The position numbers were made by a program, and so were the translations under genes. The notes under the pieces are model-generated. The model saw only the letters and a list, made by a program, of their open reading frames with translations. It made no database searches and was not told the DNA's origin. Below, piece by piece: positions 1 to 7,712 of a stretch of 41,873 bases of DNA; positions within the stretch are counted from its first letter, which is position 1; each line of letters starts with the position of its first letter. The stretch comes from a virus, in the IMG/VR virus record IMGVR_UViG_3300022777_000088; one strand, written 5' to 3'.

Positions 1-2
1 GC

Positions 3-1166
3 AGCCGAACGTATCACCGAATCGCAGTTGGCATCGAAGACGCCGGATTTGAGATTCGTGATACCATTGACTGGATTTACGCAGAGGGGTTCGCGAAGAG
101 CCACAGCGTTAGTAAAGCAATCGACAAGCACTTTGGCAGAAAAGATGAACGAGAAAAGATCGGTCTGAAAGATAAGGCAAGCCGAAAAGACGGCTCGATG
201 GTCGATCGCGAGTCCTACGGCGGAGAGTGGAAAGATAATCCATCGGGATGGCAAGAGCGAGGACGCGACCCGTATGAAAGGGCAGCGGCAACCGACCAGG
301 CGGAGAAGTGGGACGGTTGGGATACCCAGCTCAAGCCCGCCAAAGAACCGATTCTGATTGCTCGCAAGCCCTTAGAAGGCACGGTAGCAGAGAACGTGTT
401 GGACCACGGCACCGGCGCTTTGAATATCGATGAGTGCCGTGTGGAAGTTCCAGACGGGGATGAGATTCGCGTTGGCTACGAAGGTGGGCCGGGCGACGCC
501 CTTGAAGGATGGACTCGCGATTGGATGGAAGACGAAACGCAGTGGGAAAACTACAAAGACCGTGCAGTTGACAAAGCGAATGAAAGCGGACGGTGGCCGC
601 CAAATGTCATTTTCGATCCGGCCATGGCAAAGCGGCTTGACGACCAGAGCGGACGCGATTTGACTGCAGGAGGGGACATCAATGAAAAAGAGCGAGAGCC
701 GACCAACTGCTACGCAGATCCGACAGGCACCGTTGGGCATGAAAGCTATGACGACGAAGGCGGCGCCTCAAGGTACTTCAAGACCATTCGTTATCACCCC
801 GAAGACAACCTCGGATTTTTCTACTGCCCAAAGGCAAAGAAGAGTGAGCGAAACCTTGGAGCAGATAACGACCACGTGACTGTCAAGCCCATAGAGCTTG
901 TGAGCTACCTTGTGAGGCTTCTTACTCCAAAAGGGGGGCACACCCTTGACCCGTTTGCCGGAAGCGGCACGACGGGCATGAGCGCCGTTCTGGAAGGATG
1001 TGAGGCGACCCTTGTGGAGATGGACGAGCACTACGTCGAGATCGCCGAGCAACGAGTCCGATACGCAAAAACCAACTACCAATCACTTCGCGAAGACATT
1101 TTTGGGGATCCATCAAACAACATCACAGATGAGCAAACCGAAGTCAACGACCACAACTTTTGGTAA
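3..1166 (+). CDS. DNA methyltransferase, N6/N4 beta class (5' part lies outside the window); intein-free paralog
   Basis: The frame is open from nt 3 (SRTYHRIAVGIEDAGFEIRDTIDWIYAEGF...), upstream of the track's start at 198. It contains LKPAKEPILIARKP, GRWPPN, HVTVKP and motif I LDPFAGSGTTG near the C-terminus. Confidence 0.92.
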   Translation, partial: SRTYHRIAVGIEDAGFEIRDTIDWIYAEGFAKSHSVSKAIDKHFGRKDEREKIGLKDKASRKDGSMVDRESYGGEWKDNPSGWQERGRDPYERAAATDQAEKWDGWDTQLKPAKEPILIARKPLEGTVAENVLDHGTGALNIDECRVEVPDGDEIRVGYEGGPGDALEGWTRDWMEDETQWENYKDRAVDKANESGRWPPNVIFDPAMAKRLDDQSGRDLTAGGDINEKEREPTNCYADPTGTVGHESYDDEGGASRYFKTIRYHPEDNLGFFYCPKAKKSERNLGADNDHVTVKPIELVSYLVRLLTPKGGHTLDPFAGSGTTGMSAVLEGCEATLVEMDEHYVEIAEQRVRYAKTNYQSLREDIFGDPSNNITDEQTEVNDHNFW

Positions 1167-3462
1167 TGGCGTGCTGCAAGGCGACGCCAAAGAAATGCTG
1201 AAAGAGCTTGAAGCGGACTCGTTCCATTCTTGCGTCACAGATCCGCCGTATGAACTCGGCTTTATGAACCGGCAGTGGGACGACAGCGGAATCGCGTTTG
1301 ACGTCGGGTTTTGGGAACAGGTCAAGCGAGTGCTCAAGCCGGGCGCACATCTTCTGGCATTCGGAGGATCTCGCACTCACCACCGCATGATGGCAGCGAT
1401 TGAAGATGCTGGATTTGAGATTCGTGATACGCTTATGTGGGTATATGGCTGTGTATCGCCAGATACAGATATACTTACTAGTGAAGGGTGGAAGTCTCAC
1501 GATGAAGTAAGTATAAACGGCACAGCAGTTTGCTATGATAAAAATACAGGACGTTATCAGTACGGTCCGATTCAGCAAAAGTTGGAGAAGTATAACCAAC
1601 TTAAAGCCTACCGAATTCAAGGAGATCGTACAGATCAAATCGTCTCTCCAGAGCACCGTGTCCTCGTTGAACGAGGCGGAAATCTCGAATTTGAAAGAGC
1701 GTGGAGATTGGCACGGCAACAGAAAATATCCGTACCCGTACTGGAAAATTTGCAATCAGTGCGAAATGATATTTCCGGCTATGGACAAATCGCAATCCAA
1801 ACAGAACAAAACTTGCAGCGAAAAGTGCGCAAAGAGCCTTATATCGAAAAACCGCAGTGGAAGACCGAAGATGAAAAACAGAGACTATACTACCGAAGTA
1901 ACTTGCAAAAATTGTGGAGAAGTCTTCTGGAAAAGACAAGATCGGACAGGTGGAAAGAATTTTTGTACAAAAGAATGCCATACGGAATGGCGAAGCGAAA
2001 GCGAAAAAGTTGCAAAACATATGCGGAAAATTGCTGCAACTGGAATAGAAGGATGGGACAAAAAGCAGTTGGAAAAACTCTCAGAACAGATGACCGGAAA
2101 AACAAATCCGAGTTGGAAGGGGGGAGTAACTTACAAGAGTGGAAAAGGAAACTACGACGATACTGTACTCGTCAAGTGCCCGAAAGAGTACGAAGAAATG
2201 GCAAGGAAAAACGGCTACGTGCTCGAACACAGGCTCAAAGTGGCAAAAGAAATCGGCAGGCCGCTCAAAAGCGAAGAAGTGGTGCATCACATAGACCACG
2301 ATCCTCAGAACAACGAAATGGAGAATTTAATGCTGTTTCGGAACAATCGAGAGCACAAACTTTACGAGCACAACGGCAGCCCGAAACCGATTTGGCAACC
2401 ATCAAACCAATAGAAAATTATGACGATATGGTTTGGTGCGTTAAAGTTCCCACCGGAGCTTTCGTCGCAAGAAGAAACGGAAAAATCTTCGTAACTGGAA
2501 ACAGCGGGTTCCCCAAAAACCACGACATTAGTAAAGCGATTGACGATCACTTTGATGAAGACAGGAAAGTGGTTGGCACAAAGCAGATTGGAAACTCAAG
2601 CCGCACGGAAGGAAAGGATTGGGAGTCCGACAGCGGATTTTCAAATGGCCAAGTCGAAGTCACTGAACCGGCGACAGAAGAAGCAAAGAAGTGGGAGGGT
2701 TGGGGCACTGCCCTAAAGCCGGGATACGAGCCGATTTGTCTCGCGCGAAAGCCACTGAGTGAAAATACTATTGCGGAAAACGTGCTGAAACACTCCACTG
2801 GAGCCTTGAACATTGACGGTTGTAGGATTGGGGGAGATGGAGGAACGCAATACGTCTCCGGTGGAGAGGGAAGCAAAAATGATTACGGGGACGGCCTCAA
2901 CTCAACGACCGACGTGAAAGTGGACGGGCTTGGGCGTTGGCCAAACAACTTGATGCTTGACGATCGGGCGTCGATTTTGCTTGACAGACAAAGCGGAGAC
3001 TGCCCGACAGGCGATACAGCAAGAACAGGAAAGCGAAAAGAGGGCAGTGGATGGGGGATGAGCGAACAGCAAAACAATCCGGCGTACAAAGACAAAGGCG
3101 GCGCTTCCCGCTTTTTCTACTGCCCGAAGGCACACAAAAACGAGCGTAACATCGGCGCCGACAACAATGACCACCCCACAGTCAAGCCCGTTGAGTTGAT
3201 TGCTTATCTCATTCGCCTCTCAACGCCGCCGGAAGGACGAACACTTGATCCATTCGGTGGAAGCGGGACGGCAGGGATTGCGGCAGTCTTGGAACAAAAG
3301 GACTTCGTGCTCATTGAAAAGAATAAAGACCACGCAGAGCTTGCGCAAAGCCGCATTGAACACGTGAGAAACAACATGGCGTCAGTGCGTAAGCAAATCT
3401 TCGAGGATCCTTCAAACAACTTGACAGAACAAGGCGCAAAGATTGACCATGACTTTTGGTAA
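1129..3462 (+). CDS. DNA methyltransferase, N6/N4 beta class, intein-containing
   Basis: Motif IV DPPY lies near the N-terminus, and HPTVKP plus motif I LDPFGGSGTAG near the C-terminus. It is collinear with the upstream paralog once 1450-2502 is removed. The start is either ATG 1129 or GTG 1171. Confidence 0.92.
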   Translation: MSKPKSTTTTFGNGVLQGDAKEMLKELEADSFHSCVTDPPYELGFMNRQWDDSGIAFDVGFWEQVKRVLKPGAHLLAFGGSRTHHRMMAAIEDAGFEIRDTLMWVYGCVSPDTDILTSEGWKSHDEVSINGTAVCYDKNTGRYQYGPIQQKLEKYNQLKAYRIQGDRTDQIVSPEHRVLVERGGNLEFERAWRLARQQKISVPVLENLQSVRNDISGYGQIAIQTEQNLQRKVRKEPYIEKPQWKTEDEKQRLYYRSNLQKLWRSLLEKTRSDRWKEFLYKRMPYGMAKRKRKSCKTYAENCCNWNRRMGQKAVGKTLRTDDRKNKSELEGGSNLQEWKRKLRRYCTRQVPERVRRNGKEKRLRARTQAQSGKRNRQAAQKRRSGASHRPRSSEQRNGEFNAVSEQSRAQTLRAQRQPETDLATIKPIENYDDMVWCVKVPTGAFVARRNGKIFVTGNSGFPKNHDISKAIDDHFDEDRKVVGTKQIGNSSRTEGKDWESDSGFSNGQVEVTEPATEEAKKWEGWGTALKPGYEPICLARKPLSENTIAENVLKHSTGALNIDGCRIGGDGGTQYVSGGEGSKNDYGDGLNSTTDVKVDGLGRWPNNLMLDDRASILLDRQSGDCPTGDTARTGKRKEGSGWGMSEQQNNPAYKDKGGASRFFYCPKAHKNERNIGADNNDHPTVKPVELIAYLIRLSTPPEGRTLDPFGGSGTAGIAAVLEQKDFVLIEKNKDHAELAQSRIEHVRNNMASVRKQIFEDPSNNLTEQGAKIDHDFW
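1450..2502 (+). mobile_element. Intein (351 aa, class 1-type: Cys1...Gly-Asn, Ser+1) in the methyltransferase
   Basis: Block A CVSPDTDILTSEGW, block B IVSPEHRVLV, block F MVWCVKVPTGAFVA and block G IFVTGN followed by Ser. Removal restores WVYG|SGFPK, matching WIYAEGFAK in the paralog. Confidence 0.93.
1535..2413 (+). CDS. HNH homing endonuclease with two Cys4 zinc-finger-like modules, nested in the +1 frame inside the intein
   Basis: CNQC..CSEKC and CKNC..CTKEC, the linker GKTNPSWKGG, and the HNH core YVLEHR...VVHHIDHDPQNNEMENL...H...H. The start codon is uncertain. Confidence 0.88.
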   Translation: MIKIQDVISTVRFSKSWRSITNLKPTEFKEIVQIKSSLQSTVSSLNEAEISNLKERGDWHGNRKYPYPYWKICNQCEMIFPAMDKSQSKQNKTCSEKCAKSLISKNRSGRPKMKNRDYTTEVTCKNCGEVFWKRQDRTGGKNFCTKECHTEWRSESEKVAKHMRKIAATGIEGWDKKQLEKLSEQMTGKTNPSWKGGVTYKSGKGNYDDTVLVKCPKEYEEMARKNGYVLEHRLKVAKEIGRPLKSEEVVHHIDHDPQNNEMENLMLFRNNREHKLYEHNGSPKPIWQPSNQ

Positions 3463-3829
3463 ACACGAACAGGAGTACATCAAAGAAAACGTCGAGCGGC
3501 TCATGATTGAGGCGTCGGCAGCAAGGTACTCCCTCATTGGCGTTCACGGCGACCCGCCTTACGACCACGCCAACTACTTTAGGTTTTCAAATGGCCCAAG
3601 GTGCGTGAACATGTGGATGGAAAACATGACTCACCTTAGAGAAAAGGGAGTAATCGGCCCGCAGATTGAAGTGGAGGTATGGGAAAACGAAGGGCAATCG
3701 TGGGCGGTGGTCGTAGACGATCGGGTGCCGGACGATTACATTCAGGACTCGCCCTGCTTCACTGGATACGCGGCGCCTCCTGAAAGCATTCTTCAAATCA
3801 TGAATGAAAAGTACGACTGGGATGACTGA
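3449..3829 (+). CDS. Hypothetical protein with N-terminal HExxY motif (FGKHEQEYI)
   Basis: The ATG overlaps the end of the MTase gene. The protein is acidic and carries the shared motif. Confidence 0.8.
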   Translation: MTFGKHEQEYIKENVERLMIEASAARYSLIGVHGDPPYDHANYFRFSNGPRCVNMWMENMTHLREKGVIGPQIEVEVWENEGQSWAVVVDDRVPDDYIQDSPCFTGYAAPPESILQIMNEKYDWDD

Positions 3830-4025
3830 ACTGTTTTACGAACACGAACAACGGTACATTCACAGGCTGTACAAGAAACAGTTGCGAAACGCGACCTACA
3901 AGGGCGGAGAGTTTCAAGTTCCGGTCAAAGGGATTGGGCGAGACAGTTTTTTGACGCCACCTGACCGGATTGGCTACTCAGTGATAACGGGTCGAACTGG
4001 AGCAGCACACATTTGGGAGATATGA
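3822..4025 (+). CDS. Small hypothetical protein with HExxY motif (FYEHEQRYI)
   Basis: ATG 3822 overlaps the previous stop; shared motif present. Confidence 0.72.
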   Translation: MTELFYEHEQRYIHRLYKKQLRNATYKGGEFQVPVKGIGRDSFLTPPDRIGYSVITGRTGAAHIWEI

Positions 4026-4213
4026 ACAGGATCCTTTGCAAGCATGAAGCTGAATACGTCGAAGGGAAAGGTTCCCGGGAAGTGTACCAGTACAAGGTCA
4101 GCAAAAGACGGGTATCCACTTTCGCCGGAAAGATTGTGAACAGTCCCTTTTTAGTCGGCGTCGACTCCAAAAGTCGAGGTCCTGAATCGAATAGATTATA
4201 CTGGCAGTTATGA
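4022..4213 (+). CDS. Small hypothetical protein with HExxY motif (LCKHEAEYV)
   Basis: ATGA overlaps at both ends; shared motif present. Confidence 0.72.
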   Translation: MNRILCKHEAEYVEGKGSREVYQYKVSKRRVSTFAGKIVNSPFLVGVDSKSRGPESNRLYWQL

Positions 4214-5211
4214 ATAAGTTTTTCGAGACCGAACAAGACAAACAAACACATATAAGCCACTCGCAGTTCAAGACGTGGCGAGAGTGCCCGCGCAAGTGGC
4301 AGCTCAAGTATCGCGACGGCAAACGGCCGCCGGATGAGAGCATTCATCTTGTGTTCGGTGTCGCGATCCACGAAGTGCTTCAGGAGTATCTGAACACTCT
4401 GTATAACTCGACGGTCAAAGAGGCAAACAACTTGAACCTCAAAGATCGGTTTCGGACGCTTCTGAAAGAAGAACACGACAGCCGAAAAGAAAGCTTCAAC
4501 GAAAAGCACCCCGACACCGAGTTTCCGGTGACAAAACAAGAGATGGTGGAGTTCGGAAAAGACGGAGCCGCGATTATAGAGTACTTCAAGCGGAACCGTA
4601 GTGATTACTTCTCAAAACGAGACACGAAGCTCGTCGGTATCGAAGAGAAAATTGAGAAGCAGGTTTCGGAAGGCATATCCTGGATCGGCTACTTGGACGT
4701 CGTTCTCTATAACAAGAGCGAAGGCACGTATAAAATCATTGACCTCAAGTCGTCGACGAAGGGTTGGAACAAGTGGAAGAAGCGGGAAAAAAAGCGAACG
4801 GATCAGCTCGTGGCATACAAGATGTTCTATGCCGATCAGCTTGGAGTTGATCCTGAGCAGATTGAGGTTGAGTATCTGATCATGAAGAGAAAGCTCAACG
4901 ACGACGCCCCATACAAGCCTGCACGGTTCCAGCGGTTCAGTCCGGCCAGTGGAAGTCAAAGCCGAAATCGAGTGAGGGAGAAAATCAAAGAGTTCATCGG
5001 TGAAGGCTTTGAAGAGGACGGCGGCTACACCGGCGGCGACTTCGAGAAGGATCCAGGAAAGTACAAGTGCGTGTGGTGCCCATTCTCAAAACAGTTTGGC
5101 TACGACGGATACCAAATCTGCGACCAAGATGGAAACACATACTTGGACTACGGAGAAGGAATGGCACCTTACGTTGACGATAAGTATGTTGGGCCTCAAC
5201 CAGAAGAATGA
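4210..5211 (+). CDS. PD-(D/E)XK nuclease, Cas4/RecB-like exonuclease
   Basis: ISHSQ...ECPRKW, FGVAIHEVLQ, GYLDVV...IIDLKS, QLVAY and C-terminal CVWCPF...C (four-Cys Fe-S-type arrangement). Confidence 0.9.
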   Translation: MNKFFETEQDKQTHISHSQFKTWRECPRKWQLKYRDGKRPPDESIHLVFGVAIHEVLQEYLNTLYNSTVKEANNLNLKDRFRTLLKEEHDSRKESFNEKHPDTEFPVTKQEMVEFGKDGAAIIEYFKRNRSDYFSKRDTKLVGIEEKIEKQVSEGISWIGYLDVVLYNKSEGTYKIIDLKSSTKGWNKWKKREKKRTDQLVAYKMFYADQLGVDPEQIEVEYLIMKRKLNDDAPYKPARFQRFSPASGSQSRNRVREKIKEFIGEGFEEDGGYTGGDFEKDPGKYKCVWCPFSKQFGYDGYQICDQDGNTYLDYGEGMAPYVDDKYVGPQPEE

Positions 5212-5465
5212 AACGAATACACCCACTTTGCGAGCACGAAAGAGAGTACATGCGAGTGCGTAGAAGGGAGGCCGAAGAAGTAATGCAGTTTGTCCATAAG
5301 ACGACGGTTGCTTTGATTGGGGCGAGAGAGCTTCAAGTGCTGAACCCGAGTAACATTCACTACCACAGACATCTTGAGCACGACAACAACTACTGGATTT
5401 TCGTTCGGGACGAAGACGACGTCGTTGAAGTTACGGTGAATCGTGGAACACTTTCGCGCGCGTGA
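5208..5465 (+). CDS. Small hypothetical protein with HExxY motif (LCEHEREYM)
   Basis: ATGA overlap with the nuclease stop; shared motif present. Confidence 0.72.
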   Translation: MKRIHPLCEHEREYMRVRRREAEEVMQFVHKTTVALIGARELQVLNPSNIHYHRHLEHDNNYWIFVRDEDDVVEVTVNRGTLSRA

Positions 5466-5475
5466 GCGTTTGTAA
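5445..5475 (+). promoter_or_regulatory. Putative ECF-sigma-type promoter GGAAC-N17-CGTT
   Basis: GGAAC at 5445-5449 and CGTT at 5467-5470, followed by TGTAA, ~40 nt upstream of ATG 5513. A similar element occurs at 6245. Confidence 0.4.
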
Positions 5476-5512
5476 TAAATGCGTTATATCCCTCACCACT
5501 GGCAAAAAGACG

Positions 5513-5980
5513 ATGAACATTTTCTTTCTGGACTCCGACCCCGAAGTTGCGGCGCGCTTTCACAACGACAGCCACTGCAGCAAGATGATCCTGGAGTCGG
5601 CACAGATGCTTTCAACGGTGTGCCGCAAAAACGGGATAGACGCTGGCTACAAGCTGTGTTTTCGCAATCACCCCTGCACGCTTTGGGCAGGCGAAAGTAG
5701 GTCAAACTGGAACTGGCTTCGCCGTTTGGCGCTTGCTTTGAATGAAGAGTTCAGGTATCGGTACGACAACAGCGACGACCACAAGTCGGCAACGGTCATT
5801 CGGGAGCTTCCCACGCCGCCGCTTCCCGAGCAAGGGTTGACGCGCCCTGCACTTGCGATGCCGGATTCGTGTAAGCGAGAAAGTCCAGTGGAAGCGTACA
5901 GAACCTACTATCGGCAAGAGAAAGACCACCTTGCCGAATGGACGAAGCGAGAACCGCCAGAGTGGTATGCTATTTCTTGA
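5513..5980 (+). CDS. Pyrimidine-dimer DNA glycosylase / endonuclease V (DenV)-family protein
   Basis: Characteristic start MNIFFLD..P...A..HND.H..KMILESAQMLST, then HPCTLW, EFRYRY...HKS, AMP and AYRTYY...K...W.KR..PEW. Confidence 0.8.
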   Translation: MNIFFLDSDPEVAARFHNDSHCSKMILESAQMLSTVCRKNGIDAGYKLCFRNHPCTLWAGESRSNWNWLRRLALALNEEFRYRYDNSDDHKSATVIRELPTPPLPEQGLTRPALAMPDSCKRESPVEAYRTYYRQEKDHLAEWTKREPPEWYAIS

Positions 5981-6239
5981 GCACGAGATTGATTATATCT
6001 ATCGGAATTCAGATCTGAAAAGAGAACGATTCACTGTATGCCAAATCAAACGCTTCTACGGCGGCAGGCTCTTGTATGATTACCTTGTGTGCTCAGTCGA
6101 CGAACCAGATGAAGAGGGCATCATCGTCGGCATGATGTCAGAACCGACCCCGCGTTCGATGAGGTGGGAAGAGCAAGGAAATCAGAGAATATACGACGGC
6201 GGAAACGCGGTGCTTATGTTTCGCAAGGTCTTCACATAA
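5967..6239 (+). CDS. Small hypothetical protein with HExxY motif (FLEHEIDYI)
   Basis: ATG 5967 overlaps the previous stop; shared motif present. Confidence 0.72.
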   Translation: MLFLEHEIDYIYRNSDLKRERFTVCQIKRFYGGRLLYDYLVCSVDEPDEEGIIVGMMSEPTPRSMRWEEQGNQRIYDGGNAVLMFRKVFT

Positions 6240-6244
6240 GCAAG

Positions 6245-6272
6245 GGAACGGATGGCGGCCGCGCACGTGTAA
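6245..6272 (+). promoter_or_regulatory. Putative ECF-sigma-type promoter GGAAC-N16-CGTGTAA
   Basis: Lies in a true intergenic gap ~40 nt upstream of ATG 6313 and mirrors the element at 5445. Confidence 0.38.
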
Positions 6273-6312
6273 GCCTGTGAACTATCAAGGGAAACCAACC
6301 AACCGACCCGTT

Positions 6313-6546
6313 ATGTCACGCAAGACTGAGATTTTGATAAGCACATATTCCGACCCCAACGGCAACGAGCGGACGATTGTGTTTCAAAATCAAAGCATCC
6401 GTTTCAGCCGCAAGCGCCAGGACCGTCAGACGATTGAAACGGCGAAGAGGGCGGCACGCAACGCCTTTGAGGAAGCGCCGTTTGAAGCGGAAATCGTGTG
6501 GTGGGACGGCGACCACAAGCTCAAACACACAGTCGCGACCAAGTAG
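6313..6546 (+). CDS. Hypothetical protein
   Basis: ORF follows an intergenic gap with an A/C-rich leader and fits the gene packing. Confidence 0.65.
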   Translation: MSRKTEILISTYSDPNGNERTIVFQNQSIRFSRKRQDRQTIETAKRAARNAFEEAPFEAEIVWWDGDHKLKHTVATK

Positions 6547-6548
6547 AT

Positions 6549-6800
6549 ATGTCACGTTACTCAAAGCGAGTCGATAGCACCACGGTCATTGAGTATGGCT
6601 TCGACCGTGCTCCGTTCTCTGGATACTTCTTCTCCGTCGAGAAAAGCGGTGAAGTGGTCGAGGCGGGAGACACCCGTGAGGCGATGATCTGCCACGAAAA
6701 GGAAGAGCGAATGAACCGCTCGGAGATCGTGGAGAAGCTGCGAGAATACGGCGTACGCACCGATCACGTCGAAGCAATGGCGATGGACCAGCCGTTTTGA
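6549..6800 (+). CDS. Hypothetical phage protein (YGFD...GYFF motif)
   Basis: ATG lies 2 nt after the previous stop; codon usage resembles neighbouring genes. Confidence 0.7.
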   Translation: MSRYSKRVDSTTVIEYGFDRAPFSGYFFSVEKSGEVVEAGDTREAMICHEKEERMNRSEIVEKLREYGVRTDHVEAMAMDQPF

Positions 6801-6802
6801 GA

Positions 6803-7138
6803 ATGGGCGTTCTCAAAAGGCACGAAGCCCGTTACCTTTGGGAAAACCGGCCGCCAAAAGATGTGGCGGTGCAGCGGGGAACGTATGACGCGGAAGTCGT
6901 GTGGCACGAAGAAGTCCCGAAGGTTCGAAGTGGAGCGCCCCGAGACGAAATCCCGCTTGTCTTTGACCTTGTGGCGAGGGAAGACAGAGAATGGTTCATC
7001 AAAGGCGTGAAGCTTTATTTCGATCGCCGCCTGGCGCTTCAAACCGAGCACGGGAAAACCGTGCTTGAAAATAACGACGAACGACTTCGCCCGATCGGCT
7101 ACGAAAACTATGAGTTTTGGGTAAGCGACCTATCATGA
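6803..7138 (+). CDS. Hypothetical protein with HExxY motif (LKRHEARYL)
   Basis: Start is ATG 6803 or TTG 6797; shared motif present. Confidence 0.75.
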   Translation: MGVLKRHEARYLWENRPPKDVAVQRGTYDAEVVWHEEVPKVRSGAPRDEIPLVFDLVAREDREWFIKGVKLYFDRRLALQTEHGKTVLENNDERLRPIGYENYEFWVSDLS

Positions 7139-7437
7139 ACGTTCTCGCGAATCACGAAATCGAATACATCCGCCAGCGCCCAAGTCAAGAGGCTGGGTTG
7201 CTCAAGGATAACAACGTTTTGAAAGCGTTCGGTGAGAGAAACGAAAGAACAGTGAACCTCAAAAACTCCGCCGAACAGCTTTTGACTGCAAACGGTGATA
7301 TGGTGCTTTGTTATCGAGAAATGATACGGGTTCGCACGTGGAAAGACGTCGAGCAGTGCGTTTGCGATGACAAAAGCCAATACGTACACGAAGCGAAAGT
7401 GAATCCGATTGAACCAAAGTACAGGCAAGCGATTTGA
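7135..7437 (+). CDS. Hypothetical protein with HExxY motif (LANHEIEYI)
   Basis: ATGA overlap; shared motif present. Confidence 0.75.
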   Translation: MNVLANHEIEYIRQRPSQEAGLLKDNNVLKAFGERNERTVNLKNSAEQLLTANGDMVLCYREMIRVRTWKDVEQCVCDDKSQYVHEAKVNPIEPKYRQAI

Positions 7438-7712
7438 GAAGCAAACTGCTGACAAATCACGAAATCGAATACTTCGCCGAGAAAGCGGCGAAACCACCAG
7501 AAGATATTCGCGACCTCGTCTCCGACCAGTTCACCTTCTGGCATCTTGAGTCTCAAAAACTAACCTACGACTGGACGCTCAAGGCGTCACCGAGCTTCGA
7601 GAAAGTGTGGATAGACTTTCACATCACAGGTGTCACGAAGGCAACGTCAAACTCTCTGGATCGGAAGCTGTTGATCTCGAAATCGAAGCCGAAGTATACT
7701 TATGAGCGCTAG
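7434..7712 (+). CDS. Hypothetical protein with HExxY motif (LTNHEIEYF)
   Basis: TTGA overlap; shared motif, with 18 nt identical to the previous gene. Confidence 0.72.
   Translation: MRSKLLTNHEIEYFAEKAAKPPEDIRDLVSDQFTFWHLESQKLTYDWTLKASPSFEKVWIDFHITGVTKATSNSLDRKLLISKSKPKYTYER

Noticed and set aside
1450-2502. Group I intron or simple frameshifted pseudogene as the explanation for the MTase insertion
   Set aside because: The host frame is fully open and bounded by canonical intein N- and C-terminal motifs with Ser at +1.
4210-5211. Cas4-like nuclease as a sign of a CRISPR-Cas locus
   Set aside because: No repeat-spacer array or other cas genes are visible. Solo Cas4/RecB-like nucleases are common in phages.
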